This document shows, piece by piece, positions 38,361-51,593 of a stretch of DNA of 64,000 bases. The notes under the pieces were generated by a model. It did no database searches. It was given only the letters and a program-made list of their open reading frames with translations, and was not told the origin of the DNA. The DNA comes from Callorhinchus milii (Eukaryota). The translations under genes and the position numbers were made by a program. The DNA is taken from contig NW_024704743.1 of assembly GCF_018977255.1 (NCBI RefSeq), positions 104,224,001 to 104,288,000 on the forward strand, read 5' to 3'. How positions within the stretch are numbered: the stretch's first letter is position 1; each line of letters opens with the position of its first letter.

Positions 38361-38769
38361 CCACACTGTAACGATTTAACTACTGATCTCTGTTATGTGT
38401 AGTATATCTATCTGCAGTATATTTGGAGGTCAAAGCCATTATCCAGGGAAGACCCACAAATAATCATTTTAAATGTTGTATTTATTCTTTTGGAACTTGA
38501 TCTTTTGTGTTTTGGCCAGTCATATTAGTGTATTTCTCTACCTTCCCTCAGAACTGTTTTGAAAGCAAATCAATTAATTTATTTTCTGTCTGCCCATTTT
38601 CTCTTCAATTTCTTCCTCTATTCCTCCTTCTCCTCCTCACCTGGTGGCATCTTACAATTCCTTCCTCTTCCTCCTTCTCACCAATTCCTTGTTCACCTCC
38701 TGCCCCTCGCCCAGTGGCCATCATTCACATGGATGTCTTGTCAGTGAGTGTTTGTAAGCTGTTCAATCA

Positions 38770-39020
38770 ATGATAATAACAACAAACAAATTACATTTGT
38801 TATGTGCATTTCACATCAGGAGGATGTTGCAAAGATGTGTACCCAAGTTCGGGGTTTGGATCAGGAGAGTGCAGGGAGGGTGGGGGTAGGAGATGTGATC
38901 GAAGAGGAAGATCTTGAGACGGGTCTTGAAGGAGGCAAGGGATGGGATGAGGCGAAGAGACTGTGCGATGGAGTTCCAAAGGGTGGGGGCAGGAAGGCTG
39001 AAGACCTGATCGCCGATGTC
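38770..39020 (-). mobile_element. L2 3' fragment
   Basis: Tail plus gaggaagatcttgagacgggtcttgaaggaggcaagg. Confidence 0.8.
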
Positions 39021-39289
39021 AGTTTGTTAATTGCTGGGATAATTGAATAAGGGGAGTGGAAATGGTCTGCTCATTAGGACTAAAACATGCAGGTGAGGAA
39101 TTGTTAAGTGTAATATAGATGCAATACATGTAATTTCTTGGAAGCTATATGCACAGTGAGCATTAATGAAAGCATGTCTTTGAAAACACAGACCCAACTG
39201 TAGAAAGAGTGACCCATGAGCTAGGTTTACAACTCTGAAACAATGGCCTCAGTTGAGACTGTTTACAGATAATTAGCCAAACATACCGC

Positions 39290-39630
39290 AGTTGGGTGGT
39301 AAGCATGTTACAGTCATTGGAAGTACAACACCAACTTATGGGAAGGAGATGAAGTAAATCCAGAACAATATTTTCAGATACACCAAGGCAACAGAAAACA
39401 AGGGCTACAGATTTAGGTTTGTAAAGGGAAATTTCAAGACAGATAACTGAAAGTATTTTTTTTAACAACTGGAACAGGTTGCCAGGAATAGTGGTTGAGG
39501 CCAGGCCGATTGACTCACTTAAAAAATAGCTTGATGCTATGCTGGGATAACTCTATGGTGGGTATTCTAGAGAGTTGAGATCAAATGGACAAAGGGCTTT
39601 TATCATCCAAACTTCTCTTGAGATCTTGTA
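39290..39630 (+). mobile_element. Old CR1 3' end
   Basis: TRATDLGL..FKTDN-like coding, tggaacaggttgccagg and 3'UTR. Confidence 0.6.
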
Positions 39631-40189
39631 ATCTCCGCTGTGATAGCAGATCATATCGGTATGGAGTACTAGCGAGTTGGCATGACATACATTACAGTTT
39701 CCTTTCCAAAGAATTCTGTTAAAAATCACCCAAGTTATTATTATAAATGACATGGCCTGAAGATGTTATTCCATGTTATGCTCCAAGACTATGCACTGAT
39801 GAATGTCACCAAATGCCATTTTATTTTTCATTTCTCAATAGTGTGAGAGTCAAATGAATGATGGCAATAAAATAATGATGCCATGTCAGTAAATCATCAA
39901 ACAGATCTATAACTGATCCTGCTGAAAAGCCTTTGTAATGCAATGGAGAGATAAAACATAAAATGCTTGAATCGAAAAATTGAGAATGTGTAAGTGTTAA
40001 GGGGGTCCTCATTCTCTAGAAAAATCTGTGCTTGGCTGCTTCTAAATCTGAAAACAGAGTTGGACAGAAGATGCTTATGATGCTCTCGGTTTGCACTCAG
40101 TACAGCCAAGTGACCAACCCATGTGGGAAAATAGTGCCATGCACTATAGTTCCAAAACTCAAACTTGTCTTAGGCTGTAACATTTAAGA

Positions 40190-40296
40190 ATTGAGGAAAA
40201 TTCTTGAAGTCACTGTGAATTTGGAAGCTGCTGCTTTTTAAAACCTACAGAAAACCAGCTTCCAAATTAACACTGAAGTTAAGAATTTTCCACAAT
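40190..40296. repeat. 41-bp inverted repeat (MITE-like hairpin)
   Basis: 40190-40230 pairs with 40256-40296 (6 mismatches) around a 25-nt loop. Confidence 0.8.
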
Positions 40297-40879
40297 AATG
40301 CATGATCTTACGTTTTAAAATAAGATAGCCTTAAAGGTAAAGACTTGATGGATTTTGGGGCCTTATACTGGAATCAATCATGTGGTTTACATTTAAAAAT
40401 AATTAAAGTATTGAATAGGAATTACCCAAATGAGTTGGGGACAGACACTCCTCATCCATTACTATTCTTGATGCAAACATCCATGAAGCCAGGTCATGTA
40501 TTTGACTTCTGGTTTGCACATAGCAACATTCGATAGCTAGTTAGTGGGGTTGTGATTTAAATGTGAAATTACTCATTGGGTAAAATTTCCTGCTGTCCTG
40601 AACTTGAGTCATGGGTTTCTCAATCTGAAAGTCAAATGTGTGTCCTGGTTTTATGGAAATCAGCACTGAGAATGGTGTTGGCTGCTCTGTTCTGTCACAT
40701 CTAGGTGATACCTATTCCACACTTTAGCAATTTCTAAATGTTTCAGCAGGCTCAGCTCTTTACACCATTCAGCAAGGAAATATCATGCTGTTTTTACATT
40801 GTTTTGAGAAAGACCACTCCTCTTAAAGCAGCAAAAAAGTGTACAAGAACAACAACACCCACCCCCCACTGCCTCAGGC

Positions 40880-41070
40880 AGGGTAGTGAACCAGAGTGCT
40901 TGACATTGGCAGAGCACGACGCCAAGCCGGGGGTAAGGGGAGGTGACCATAGGTACAGTCAAATAGGAAGGTCTTCAGGTGTAACCTGAAGATGGGGAAG
41001 GAAGGGGCCAGGCAGAGGGATAGAGGAAGTGTGTTCCAAAGTTTTGGAGCGTAAAGCCGAAAGCTGGCTT
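40880..41070 (-). mobile_element. Old L2 3' fragment
   Basis: ccagagtgcttgacattgg...aaggtcttcag..gttccaaagttttggagc. Confidence 0.55.
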
Positions 41071-41570
41071 TATGGTGCCTGTTTCACATCACAGTTAACC
41101 AATCCATTGTTGGGGAAGAAGTTTGGGGAACCACATCATAGTTTTAATTGTTGAGAGTGCAGCATCATAAACTACGTGATAGTTAACACCAGTGTTAACA
41201 CATCACAGGTATCTATTTGCACCCCATATTGTTCATGTTACAGAATCATAGCTTAGATAGTAATGGTCAGACAGAATTTATGCTGAAGTTAAACAAAGGT
41301 ATTTAATTTGACAGATGCACATTTACAAGGGTGAGGCTATAATTTTAGACAGGCAGTTATTGTGCTGAAACTCGATTCAGCTGTGCCCTCATATTGATGA
41401 ATGTCAAAGACTTTATTGTACAACATAAAAGTTGAAGACTTTATTGTTCAACATTATATTATATTCAAAGTAAGGTAGACTTTGAACCTTCCAAAATACA
41501 GGTTAAATATGCAACATTATATTGATTAAATTATAAAGTACCATTTTATTAATGGCTACAGATTTTTAAA

Positions 41571-41955
41571 ATAATAATAATAATCGTTGCATTTGATATA
41601 GTGCCTTTCATGTCAGGAAGACATCTCTCAGTGCTGTACGGAATTTTCTGTGTATTTTGTAGCCAAACTAGACAGAAAATTTGTGCACAGCAATGTCCCA
41701 CAAACAGGCATGAAGTGAATGATCAATTTTATCTAGAGATCATTGGTCAGGAGAAACTCCCTTATCTTTTAGAATAGATCTTTAATTCTCATCTGAATAG
41801 GACCTTGATTTAAGGTCTCATCCGACAACGCAATGCTCCGCCTGCACTGCTTGAAGTGCCAACCAAGACTGCAAATACAAAATTTTGATATGAGGCCTGA
41901 ACCCACAACTTTCTGACTCAGAGGTGATAGTGCTTCCAAGTAGCTAGGCTAACAC
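41571..41955 (-). mobile_element. Deu-domain SINE, near full length
   Basis: (TAA)n tail, Deu core ttgatttaaggtctcatccga and tRNA-like head ttctgactcagaggtgatagtgct. Confidence 0.72.
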
Positions 41956-42110
41956 CTCATAAACATCCGAAAAGGCATTTGTAGGACATGTAATTTAAAA
42001 TGTTATGAATCTGATAATATTATTCTGTTTGGTCTGCACTGTCTGTATTTTCCCTCTGCACAGAATTTTGATTAATTCTCCAAATGTATGAGGGGAATTA
42101 TCTTCTTTGT

Positions 42111-42437
42111 GGAGTCCTGTAGCTCAGTGGTTAGAGCACTCGCTTTGCAAGCGAGGCACCTGAGTTCAATTCCAGGCAGGGCGAAACCTTTGGCAAGTTT
42201 CCTTACTCCACACGCCTAATAGTAATCCCTCCAAAAAACAAATCCATAATAAAAAATTGGTCATTTTCAATCCTTGACTGTTTGTGGGACATTGCTGTGC
42301 GCAATTGGCTGCCGCGTTCGCCCATAAATATACAGTCAATTCACTTTACAGTATATTCTGTGAAGCGCTTTGGGACGTCCTCCTGACGTGAAAAGCGCTG
42401 TATCAAATGCAAGGATTATTATTATTATTATTATTAT
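42111..42437 (+). mobile_element. Young full-length tRNA-Ala SINE
   Basis: A box TAGCTCAGTGG, anticodon arm CTCGC-TTTGCAA-GCGAG, B box GAGTTCAATTCC, L2-type stem-loop and (TTA)n. Confidence 0.95.
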
Positions 42438-43716
42438 TCTACCTTGGGGTAACAGGATAACATTCTCCTGGTACCATATTCTCTCTGTGTATTGAGAATA
42501 AAAACCCTTATGCAAACAAAGTCTATAAGAAGTGTCAATCCCACATTTCTATTCTGGCTCTTTATGAAAGCTTGCTGTGTACAATTCTGTAAACCAAACA
42601 ATATCTTGCTCTACAGAACACAAATAAAATAGCAAATTTTATATCTTCTCATTCAGTTCAAGGGACTCTATTATACAGCCATATTTACAAGCACATTATA
42701 CATGTATGGTTGTTTGTCTCTATTCTTAGAATAGGATGGATTTTCCTCAGATGTTAGTCAGTCAGTCCAGTGAAGTCACTAAAGTGAAGTATGTGCAGAG
42801 CACTTGTCTGAAGTGCAGCCAATTTTGGGGCACGTTTTACAAGTATTCAGATGATCCCTGATTCTCCGTCTCATTTACATTTTAGTCTTTTGAAACACAC
42901 CCACACTATGACAAACAGTCTTTGGCAGTAGAATGGGCACTTTACAAGCTCAGGTACAAGGAAATTGTCAAAATTCATGTCCAAAAAATCTGTCATTTAT
43001 ATTGTTGTCAAGCATTTGGCCAAAGGATTTAGCCTACAAATTATCATTATTTGTAAATGACTTTCAGCCACTAGTACTTACCTCATGTCTTTCCTTTTAA
43101 AACACCACTCACTGCTTGATTAGAATTCCAGATCAAGGACCAAAGTTTTACACTAGAGTACAGTTCCACCAATTCATTATTTACTTACAGCATTATTCAG
43201 AAGGTGCAGGTAAGGTTTCTTCCTATGTTCAATAGGTAGCCACTATTATTGTATTTTGACAGAAAATGACAGGGCTGGAGTGTAATCTAACATAAGGATG
43301 TCTACATTCAGGGAGTTCCAGAGATTAAGGGCATAGTACGTGAAGGCACACTTCGCAGAAGGCTGAAAGCAAGTTATAAATTCCAATAAATTATAAACAT
43401 TATCAACCATCTTTAATAAAAAAAAGTTGCTCCAAGTCAATCATTTATCACTGATATAAAAAAATCCTCCCACACTATCTTGCTTTACACATTTTAGACA
43501 TAATTTAACATATTCCCCCATTGGTATCTCATGAACTTGAGTGCTTTTTACAAAAGTAAAATCATTTAAGGTCCTGCATTGGTTTGTGTTCACCTGCTGC
43601 CGTTTCGCTAATTTCTTCTCTGCTCTAATTTCTTCTCTGCTCTCGGACAATAAGGAGTTTTGCTTGAAATATTTTTTGGGGTTAGGGAATATTTATACAA
43701 AATGTTCCTTTAGGGG

Positions 43717-44023
43717 ATAATAATAATAATCCTTGCATTTGATATAGCGCTTTTCACGTCTTCTAAACGTCTCAAAGCGCGTCACAGAATAGACTGTAAA
43801 GTGAATTGGCTGTACATTTGAGGGCGAAATGCGACAGCCAATTGCACACAGCAGTGTCCCACAAACAGTCATGGATTGAAATGACCAATTTATTATTGTT
43901 TTTTTTGAGGGATTATTATCAGGCGTGTGGAGTAAGGAAACTTGCCCAAGGTTTCGCCCTGCCGAGAATCGAACCCAGGTCTCTCGCTTGCAAAGCGAGT
44001 GCTCTAACCACTGAGCTACAGGA
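43717..44023 (-). mobile_element. Full-length tRNA-SINE
   Basis: Head with GGTTCGATTC B box; tail. Confidence 0.93.
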
Positions 44024-44125
44024 TTACATGGTGGGAAGTGAGGCTTGTGGTCCATAATAAGGCTGATCATATGCAGTGTGTGGAAGGATGGGCTGGCTGA
44101 ATGTTTCTTAGGTCCTGTACTCGCT

Positions 44126-44285
44126 ACAACAACAACAAGATTGCATTTATAGAGCGCCTTTCACATCGGGAGGACGTCCCAAGGCGCTGGACAGTTGGGT
44201 CGGGACCCGAGCATGGGGGAAATGGTCAGGGTGAGGGGAGGGAGCGAGGAGGGGGTAGAGAGTCGAGAGGGGAGCTGAAGGCACA
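44126..44285 (-). mobile_element. Young L2 3' end
   Basis: Near-identical to the 3'UTR at 26470-26695. Confidence 0.9.
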
Positions 44286-44892
44286 GTTGAAGAGTACAAG
44301 CGTTCAATAAGCAATGATTTCCAAAGGGATTTCTTAATAAGGAACCAGCATGTTAGCTACACAACACAGAGGATTGGGAGATTCAGTACTTGGGAACAGA
44401 ATCAATGAATACACAATCCACCAGCCATCAAATGACATGGTCCACCAATTGCTACAAAATAATAAAACTTTTAAGTGTCCGTAAAAGTAGAGTATTGTAG
44501 CAAAATAATTAATAACTTCAGAAGGATCATGAGCAAAAATACAATAGAACAGAAAGCATCCATCAATCTCAGTAGGAAAGCTACAGGGCAACTAAGATAC
44601 ATCAGTCAAAGTCTGAAAAATTGATAGCTCAATCATTCCATCTCTAGGGCAAGGAGGACAGCATTCATTTAGTGGAGTGTGTTGCTGAGCCAGAAATGTG
44701 ATATATGAGACTTGCTGTAAATAATCCCAAAGCAATGTCCATACATATTCTGCAACGTACACACAAACAATCTATGGTAAAGTTGCATAAATTCTTTGGT
44801 GTAATCTTTGTGTTTTCATAGCATAAGTCAGCGAAAGTAAATGAATTAATTTGTTCTTTTCTGTTTTCTGGATCAGCTCATTTGCAGTCCAG

Positions 44893-45128
44893 TTAGTAGG
44901 AACTTGGTTATTAGTCGATTGGTGGATTGCTTTCGGGGGATTATAATTTGGTCACTCAATCCATGATTATTTGTGGGACACTGCTGTGTGCAATTGGCTG
45001 CTGCGTTTTGCCCAGAAAATATACAGTCAATCCATTTTACAATATATTCTGTGAAGCGTTTTGAGACGTCTCAATGACGTGATAAGGTGCTATATCAAAT
45101 GCAATGATGATTATTGTTATTATTATTG
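44893..45128 (+). mobile_element. tRNA-SINE 3' part (long subfamily)
   Basis: gtaggaacttggttattagtcgattgg followed by the tail. Confidence 0.85.
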
Positions 45129-45394
45129 TAGTGATTATCACTGGGTGATGTTCAGATCTGCATTAGCATTTCAAACCACCATGAGCATTGCATTTTACTG
45201 AAGCCAACAGAAGCACTCTGGGATGAATGAAAGCTGTGCTGTAGCCGATATTACTGCAATAAATGGGTGCGGATGAGGAACTAGAAATGTCCATCTCCAT
45301 GAGGCTAAAAATAATCCGTAGAATCCATGGTATTTGAATAAGGATAATTTTGAAGAATGAAGCGAGTAATGTCCCTCTTACAGAATGAAATTCC

Positions 45395-45578
45395 TTTAAA
45401 AATAAGTTGGTCACTTCAATCCACGACTGTTTTGTGGGACACTGTTATGTGCAATTGGCTGCCATGTTTTGCCCACAAAATATACAATCAATTCACTTCA
45501 CAGTATATTCTGTGAAATGCTTTGAGACGACTTGAAGACGTGATAAGGCGCTATATCAAATGCAAGGGTTATTATTAG
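45395..45578 (+). mobile_element. tRNA-SINE 3' half
   Basis: Tail match. Confidence 0.85.
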
Positions 45579-45645
45579 AGACAAAAGGGTCATTAATGGG
45601 AGCAAAAGGTTTGCTGATTTTTAACATGCAGCTAAAAGGGTAGAG

Positions 45646-45803
45646 GGGACCTCAGTTTAACATCACCTCTCGTAAAGCAAGAATCCCTCAGTACTGCACT
45701 GGAGTGCCTGTTTAAACTATGATACCTGTTCTTTCATGTGGGACTGAACCTGCTACCTTCTGTTCCCCCCAAGATGAAAGGGCTTCTAACTGAGCCAAGC
45801 TGA
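45646..45803 (-). mobile_element. Deu-domain SINE 5' part
   Basis: cctcagtttaacatc..tccctcagtactgcactggagtg..actgagccaagctga. Confidence 0.65.
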
Positions 45804-46345
45804 TGATTTGTATAAATATGCTTTCAATCTGTTCGCATTCCTACTCCAACAAAGTAAAAATGGATAAAAATCCTATGAATCTTGCCTGTATTGATCACCT
45901 TTGGGGCTGAGCTTGGGTACCAGTGAAAGACAAGTTCCAGCTGTTATCCCTGAAAGATCTGCATCTGAGACATACATACATGCAAGTCATTTTCTCCTCT
46001 CATAGTTCCTTTCAGAGTTGAGTGCCCTATTTTAGGTTTGTTGCATAAAACAGAATGTAGTCTGTCACTGCATTATACACAGTATTCCAATGTGTTATTC
46101 CACAAACATGAGTTTCACTGGCTGCATTTCTATTTAATGTAGAATCAACACAATCTCCCTCAGCAGAACGTGGTAATGTCCATTTCAGCAATTGCTTAGC
46201 ACTCATTGCTTCCTCAGTGACTTGAGCAGCTCCATTATTAGCATAAGCCTAAGGTTTAGTAACTAAAGACTGCAGCTACAGAAATTTCAAAAAATTGAAA
46301 TCGTAATTGAAAATGCTGGGAATGGAGAGTAGACCAATTGGTATA

Positions 46346-46932
46346 TAGTATCATAGAATTATACAGCACAGAAGGAGGCCATTCGGCCCATCGTGTCTGT
46401 GCCAGCTCTTTGAAAAGAGCGATCCAAATCAATCCCACTCCCCGATTTTCTCCCCATAGCCCTGCAAACTTGTCCTCCACAAATAATTATCTACTTCTGC
46501 CTTAAAAATTGTTATTGAATCGGCTTCCACTATCCTTTCAGGCAATGCAATCCAGATCCAAACAACTCGCTGTGTGAAAAGATTTCTCCTCACCTCCCCT
46601 CTGTTTCTTTTAACAACTATTTTAAATCGGTGTCCTTGGGTTACTGACCCACCCGCCAGTGGAAATAGTTTCTCTTTGTTCACCCTATCGAATCCCCTCA
46701 TAATTTTGAAAACTTCGATTAAGTCTCCTCTTAACCTTCTTTGCTCCAACGAGAATAATCCTAGCTTCTCCAGCCTCTCCTGATAACTGAAGTCCCTCAT
46801 TCCTGGTACCATTCTGGTAAATCTCCTTTGTACCCTGGACATGCCTGACATCCTTCTTAAACTGTAGAGCTGAAAACTGAACACAGTCTCTAGCTGAGGC
46901 CTAACCAGTGTTTTCTAAAGGTTCACCATAAC
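46346..46932 (-). mobile_element. CR1 3' fragment
   Basis: ORF 46429-46884 (VQRRFTRMVPG..RRLRGDLIEVFKI). Confidence 0.93.
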
Positions 46933-47554
46933 ATGAAAAAGGTTCATCATAATATGAAAGAGGAAGATAAGTTAATATTTTAATTTTTAAAAGTTGTGAT
47001 TTTGGGCTCAGTTATAAATGTAATAATTCTTGCATTTCATATAATGCCCTTCATGTTGGGAGAACTTCTTGTAGCAATTCATGGGATATACGCTGAGATA
47101 TAGCAACTGTGCATTTTGTCAGCAAACATTCTGAAAAGTTCATCTGTCTTTCTCTTTCCGTTAACAGTACATGGTTGAATGATGAAAAGAGTTACAGAAT
47201 TTTAATTCAATGAATAATTTATGCAATGCAACCTCAACAATCAAACATAATTTGCAGTATATTCAAAGGGAGTGCACTAACAAAAAATACGGAAGGCATT
47301 TGTACTTGACTTAACGCATTTGATCAATGATATCCTATGGCACTCTAAGAAGGTGAATATGAAGTGGTCCTGGCCAACATTCACATCATGGCTATTTTTG
47401 GGTCATTTCATCACAAGATTGTAAGATCGGTTTGGATAAAGAACGCTCTTCGGTTCATCCTATCTCATACTTCCAGAACACTGACCCTACCGTCCTCCCA
47501 TCACAGCATCAAGCTGCTTTATAAATCAGTCCAGTGATCTGGCCTCAGTTGTAG

Positions 47555-47670
47555 AAATTGGCTGCTTCAACCCAATAAGGCAATTAAACTTTACAGTATA
47601 CTCTGTGAAACACTTTGAGACTCTCAAAGATGTAATAAGGCGCTATATCAAATGCAAGGTTTATTATTAG
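47555..47670 (+). mobile_element. SINE tail
   Basis: aattggctgc..ctgtgaaacactttgagac..gcgctatatcaaatgcaagg. Confidence 0.7.
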
Positions 47671-48024
47671 CAGTGTTAAGACTGCCTAATTTACTCTGAT
47701 TCCTTGAACTTTTTAACTTGAACTAAGAAAGGTAACAAGTGACCTGATGGAGATTTTTAATTTGGTGCCCCAATGTAGCTACTCTTCATGTCTGGGCAGT
47801 CCATATCAGTGGACAATTCAACAATGGGAGTACAAATAAAATCAAAAACTGTACAGCTAGAAGGGTGGTCCACCAATCTATACATTACCAATAAAAATGC
47901 TCATGTCTGGAGAAAAAAAACTCACCCAGAAAACAAAAGATATTCATTATCTCCTCAAACTTCATTCTCATGTTCACAAATCTGAGTGTCACAACCTTGT
48001 GACACACTCCAAGTCATCTCATTT

Positions 48025-48198
48025 GTTCTCTTCAACCATGCCTTCAGCTCCCCTCTCGACTCTCTACCCCCTCCTCGCTCCCTCCCCTCACCCTGACCAG
48101 TTCCTCCCTGCTCGGGTCCCGACCCAACTGTCCAGCGCCTTGGGACGTCCTCCCGACGTGAAAGACGCTCTATAAATGCAATCTTGTTGTTGTTGCTG
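48025..48198 (+). mobile_element. Young L2 3' end
   Basis: ttcagctcccctctcgactctct, stem-loop and (TTG)n. Confidence 0.9.
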
Positions 48199-49329
48199 TT
48201 GAGTCTGATGGGAGATTGCGAGATTGCGATTCTTGAAATTGGAATGTAAAATGTAAGTGATTCAGACATTGAATACTCATTCAATAGTAAGTAGTTCAGT
48301 CATTCAAAGCTCAACAATGTGTTGCATTATTAAACACCCTGCAGGCATTGTTTTGAATATATATGATGTTGTTTTTCTCTTTCCAGCAAACTACATAAGC
48401 TTTGTCTCTGGAAGTTTATCTTGCCTGTTACGAGCATCAAATTATCCTTACCACTATTGGAACTCCAAAAGTTTTGTCTCAGACAAATTCTCAGCAGAAA
48501 TAAATAAAATATATAAAGTCAGACTGGAAACTTATGGGTAACCTCATTCATACATATGAAATATATACAAATTAAAAGAATCCAAAACACACTTGAAAGA
48601 TTTTAAGTAAAGCCTTTTGACTTTTGCGGATTATACCCTTAATTTAATGTTGCGTATAATTGCACAATCAGTAAAACTGAAGGCATGTATCACCAATTTA
48701 AACGCTTGAACGCCTTACTTTAAACTGACTATATGAAGAAAAGTGAATGTTGGAATGAGCTACTCCTGAGAGTTCCCTGAGAAAAAAAATTAGCAACCTT
48801 TTAGTCAGAGAAGGAACGCTGATAAAGATTTAATGTCATGTGATATTTTGAGAAAGGTGGCGCAGTTTCAAACATAATTGAGTCTTAAGGGACAAAAGCC
48901 CAGAAGCTGTCAGTACTTTGGAAGGTAGGAAATCATTCTTCCACTTGATAGGACATTTGGCAAGGCTCCATATTCTTTCCTTTTTACATGTATCACCTAA
49001 GTGACAGCTTTAGTTGTGGTGGAAATGCAGATCCTAACCTGTGCACCATCATTAACATTGCCTCCACCTACTGCTGTTTGTCAGATGGCAACTTAAAAAC
49101 AGTTCTATTAATATGTAAGTGTTTAATGCTGCCGATGAAACTCTGGATTTTGCATTGATATGTTAACGAATAAGTAACTGCACGGAGATAGGAATAATGA
49201 GGAGCTTTTGGGAAGCTTGAAACTAATGTCAGGCAACTTCTAGAGAAGACAATCAGATTCAAAAATGCTCACGTGTCTTATACATTTATTTGTAGAAGCT
49301 CAGGATCTTGTGATGAAGATACATGTTTG

Positions 49330-49718
49330 TGGGGTCCTGCAGTTTAATGGTTAGAGCACTCGTCTCACAAACAAAAGGACCTGCGTTTGATACCTGGTAG
49401 TTCAAAACGTTGGGCAAATTTCGTTAATCCACAGGCCTCTGTTTACCCAGCAGTAAGTACAAACCTGGTTGTTAGTCAATTGGCGGATCTCATTTCCAAA
49501 GGTAATAATCCCTTCAAAAAAAATTAAATGATAAATAAATAATAATAATTTGGTCACTCAATCCACGATTGTTTGTGGGACACTGCTGCGCGCAATTGGC
49601 TGCTGTGTTTTGCTGAAAAAAATAGTCAATTCACTTTACAGTATATTCTGTGAAGTGCTTTGAGATGACTCAAAGACATGATAAGGCGTTATATCAAATG
49701 CAAGGATTATTATTATTA
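49330..49718 (+). mobile_element. Full-length tRNA-SINE (long subfamily, diverged)
   Basis: Head, internal segment and tail. Confidence 0.88.
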
Positions 49719-49794
49719 AGTATTTTCCGATGCACTGGTGTGGGAAATTAACATTGTCAGCGTATAAACCCATCACCTGAATTGGGTGGATCAG

Positions 49795-51052
49795 TGATCA
49801 TTGACCCTCTCCTGTCCTACATCATCAACTTCTTCTTGTCCACCAGTTCAGATCCCACCCCCCGAAAAAACAACCGTCATCACCCCCATCCTGAAACAAA
49901 CTTCCCTGGACCTATCCCTCCTCTCCAGCTACTACCGCCCCATCTCTAACCTCCCTTTCCTCTCCAAGATCCTGGAACGAGTTGTCGCGTCCCAGCTCCA
50001 CTCCTTTTTCTCTCACCATTTCCTCTTTGAACCCCTCCAATCCAGCTTCTGCGGTGCCCATAGCACAGAAACAGCCCTGGTCAAAGTCACCAATGACATT
50101 CTGAACATCTGTGATCAGGGCTCCCTCTGCCTCCTTGTCCTCTTCGATCTCTCTGCTGCCTTTGATACTGTCGACCACTCCATCCTTTTACACCGCCTTT
50201 CCTCTTTACTTAATCTTCGCGGACCTGCCCTTGCCTGGATCAAATCCTATCTCTCTCACCATCTCCACTTTGTTGCCTCTAACGGTTTCTCCTCCAGCCC
50301 TTGCACTGTCACGTCTGGCATCCCCCAGGGCTCTGTCCTTGGTCCTCTCCTCTTTAACATCTACATGCTCCCCCTTGGTGACATCATCTGCAGACATGGG
50401 GTCAACTTCCATATGTATGCGGATGACACCCAACTCTATCTTTCTGCCTCCACCCTCAACTCCAGGACCACTGCTGTTCTGACAGACTGCCTGTCAGACA
50501 TCAAGTCCTGAATGAGGGCAAATTTCCTACAGTTGAATGTGAACAAGACTGAGGCCCTCCTGATTGGCTCGCGCCAGCGCCTCTGCACCTGAGGCTCTGG
50601 CAGCATCAACCTTCATGGTTGCACACTAAAACTTACCAAACCAGTTAGGAGCCTAGGTGTCTTGTTCGACCCTCAACTTTCTTTTCTTCCCCACATCCAA
50701 GCCATGACCCGCTCAGCCTTCCCTCACCTCCGTAGCATTGCCCGACTCCGCAACTACCTTACCCCTCAGGCCGCTGAAACTCTTGTTCATGCCTTCAACA
50801 CCTCCAGGCTCGACAATGCAAAATTCCATCCCCCAGTCACTCCGCCTTTCCCCGTCCTTAGCCTCCTTCAAGTCCCACCTCAAAACCCTCCTCTTCAACC
50901 ATGCCATCAGTCACCCCCCTTCCCCTTCCCTTCCTTCTCCCTCCCTGACCTCAACTCGGGTCTGAAATGCTGTACACTGTCCAGCGCCTTGGGACATCCT
51001 CCCGACGTGAAAGGTGCTATACAAATGTAATCTTATTGTTGTTGTTGTTGTT
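49795..51052 (+). mobile_element. L2 LINE with RT core and an internal deletion near 50820
   Basis: ORF 49801-50511 ([44 protein letters not shown]). Confidence 0.95.
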
Positions 51053-51391
51053 GGTCATGAATCCTGGATAAGGATCAGCTTTGGGTAGAGATAAACAAGT
51101 TTGTCTTTACGCATGCTCCCTGAGGATGAATTTTAGCTTACTATTAGGACTTCTGAACTCCCATTTCTATAGACTGTAAAATCAACAGGTGCTCCCATTT
51201 TTAGCATGGATTTGAGTTTTGGACTTTCAAAGCACAGTAGAATGTTATTTGGTTAGATGGTTTGTCAGCCATATTACCTTTCATTCCAGGAATCTTTCTC
51301 TGAATTGCTGAAACTATTTATACACTTAACAGTTACTGTTACAGTTTAATGGGAGAGCCCATTTCTGGACTGAAGAATTCTGATGAAATGA

Positions 51392-51593
51392 ACCCCCCCA
51401 AAAATAAATACAATAATAATTTGATCACATAATTCACGACTGTTTGAGGGACACTGCTGTGCATAATTGGCTGCCACGTTTCGCCCACAAAATATACAGT
51501 CAAATCACTTCACAGGTTTATTCTGTGAAGTGAATTGAGATGTCTCAAAGACATGAAAAGCACTATATCAAATGCAAGGATTATTATTATTAT
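51392..51593 (+). mobile_element. tRNA-SINE 3' half
   Basis: Tail match. Confidence 0.85.

Noticed and set aside
42114..42182. tRNA-Ala(TGC) gene
   Set aside because: The cloverleaf-like sequence is the head of a multi-copy SINE. It continues into the SINE body and has an imperfect T-stem.
43693..44070. Recurrent short ORFs such as [14 protein letters not shown] / [11 protein letters not shown]
   Set aside because: They are translations of SINE copies.
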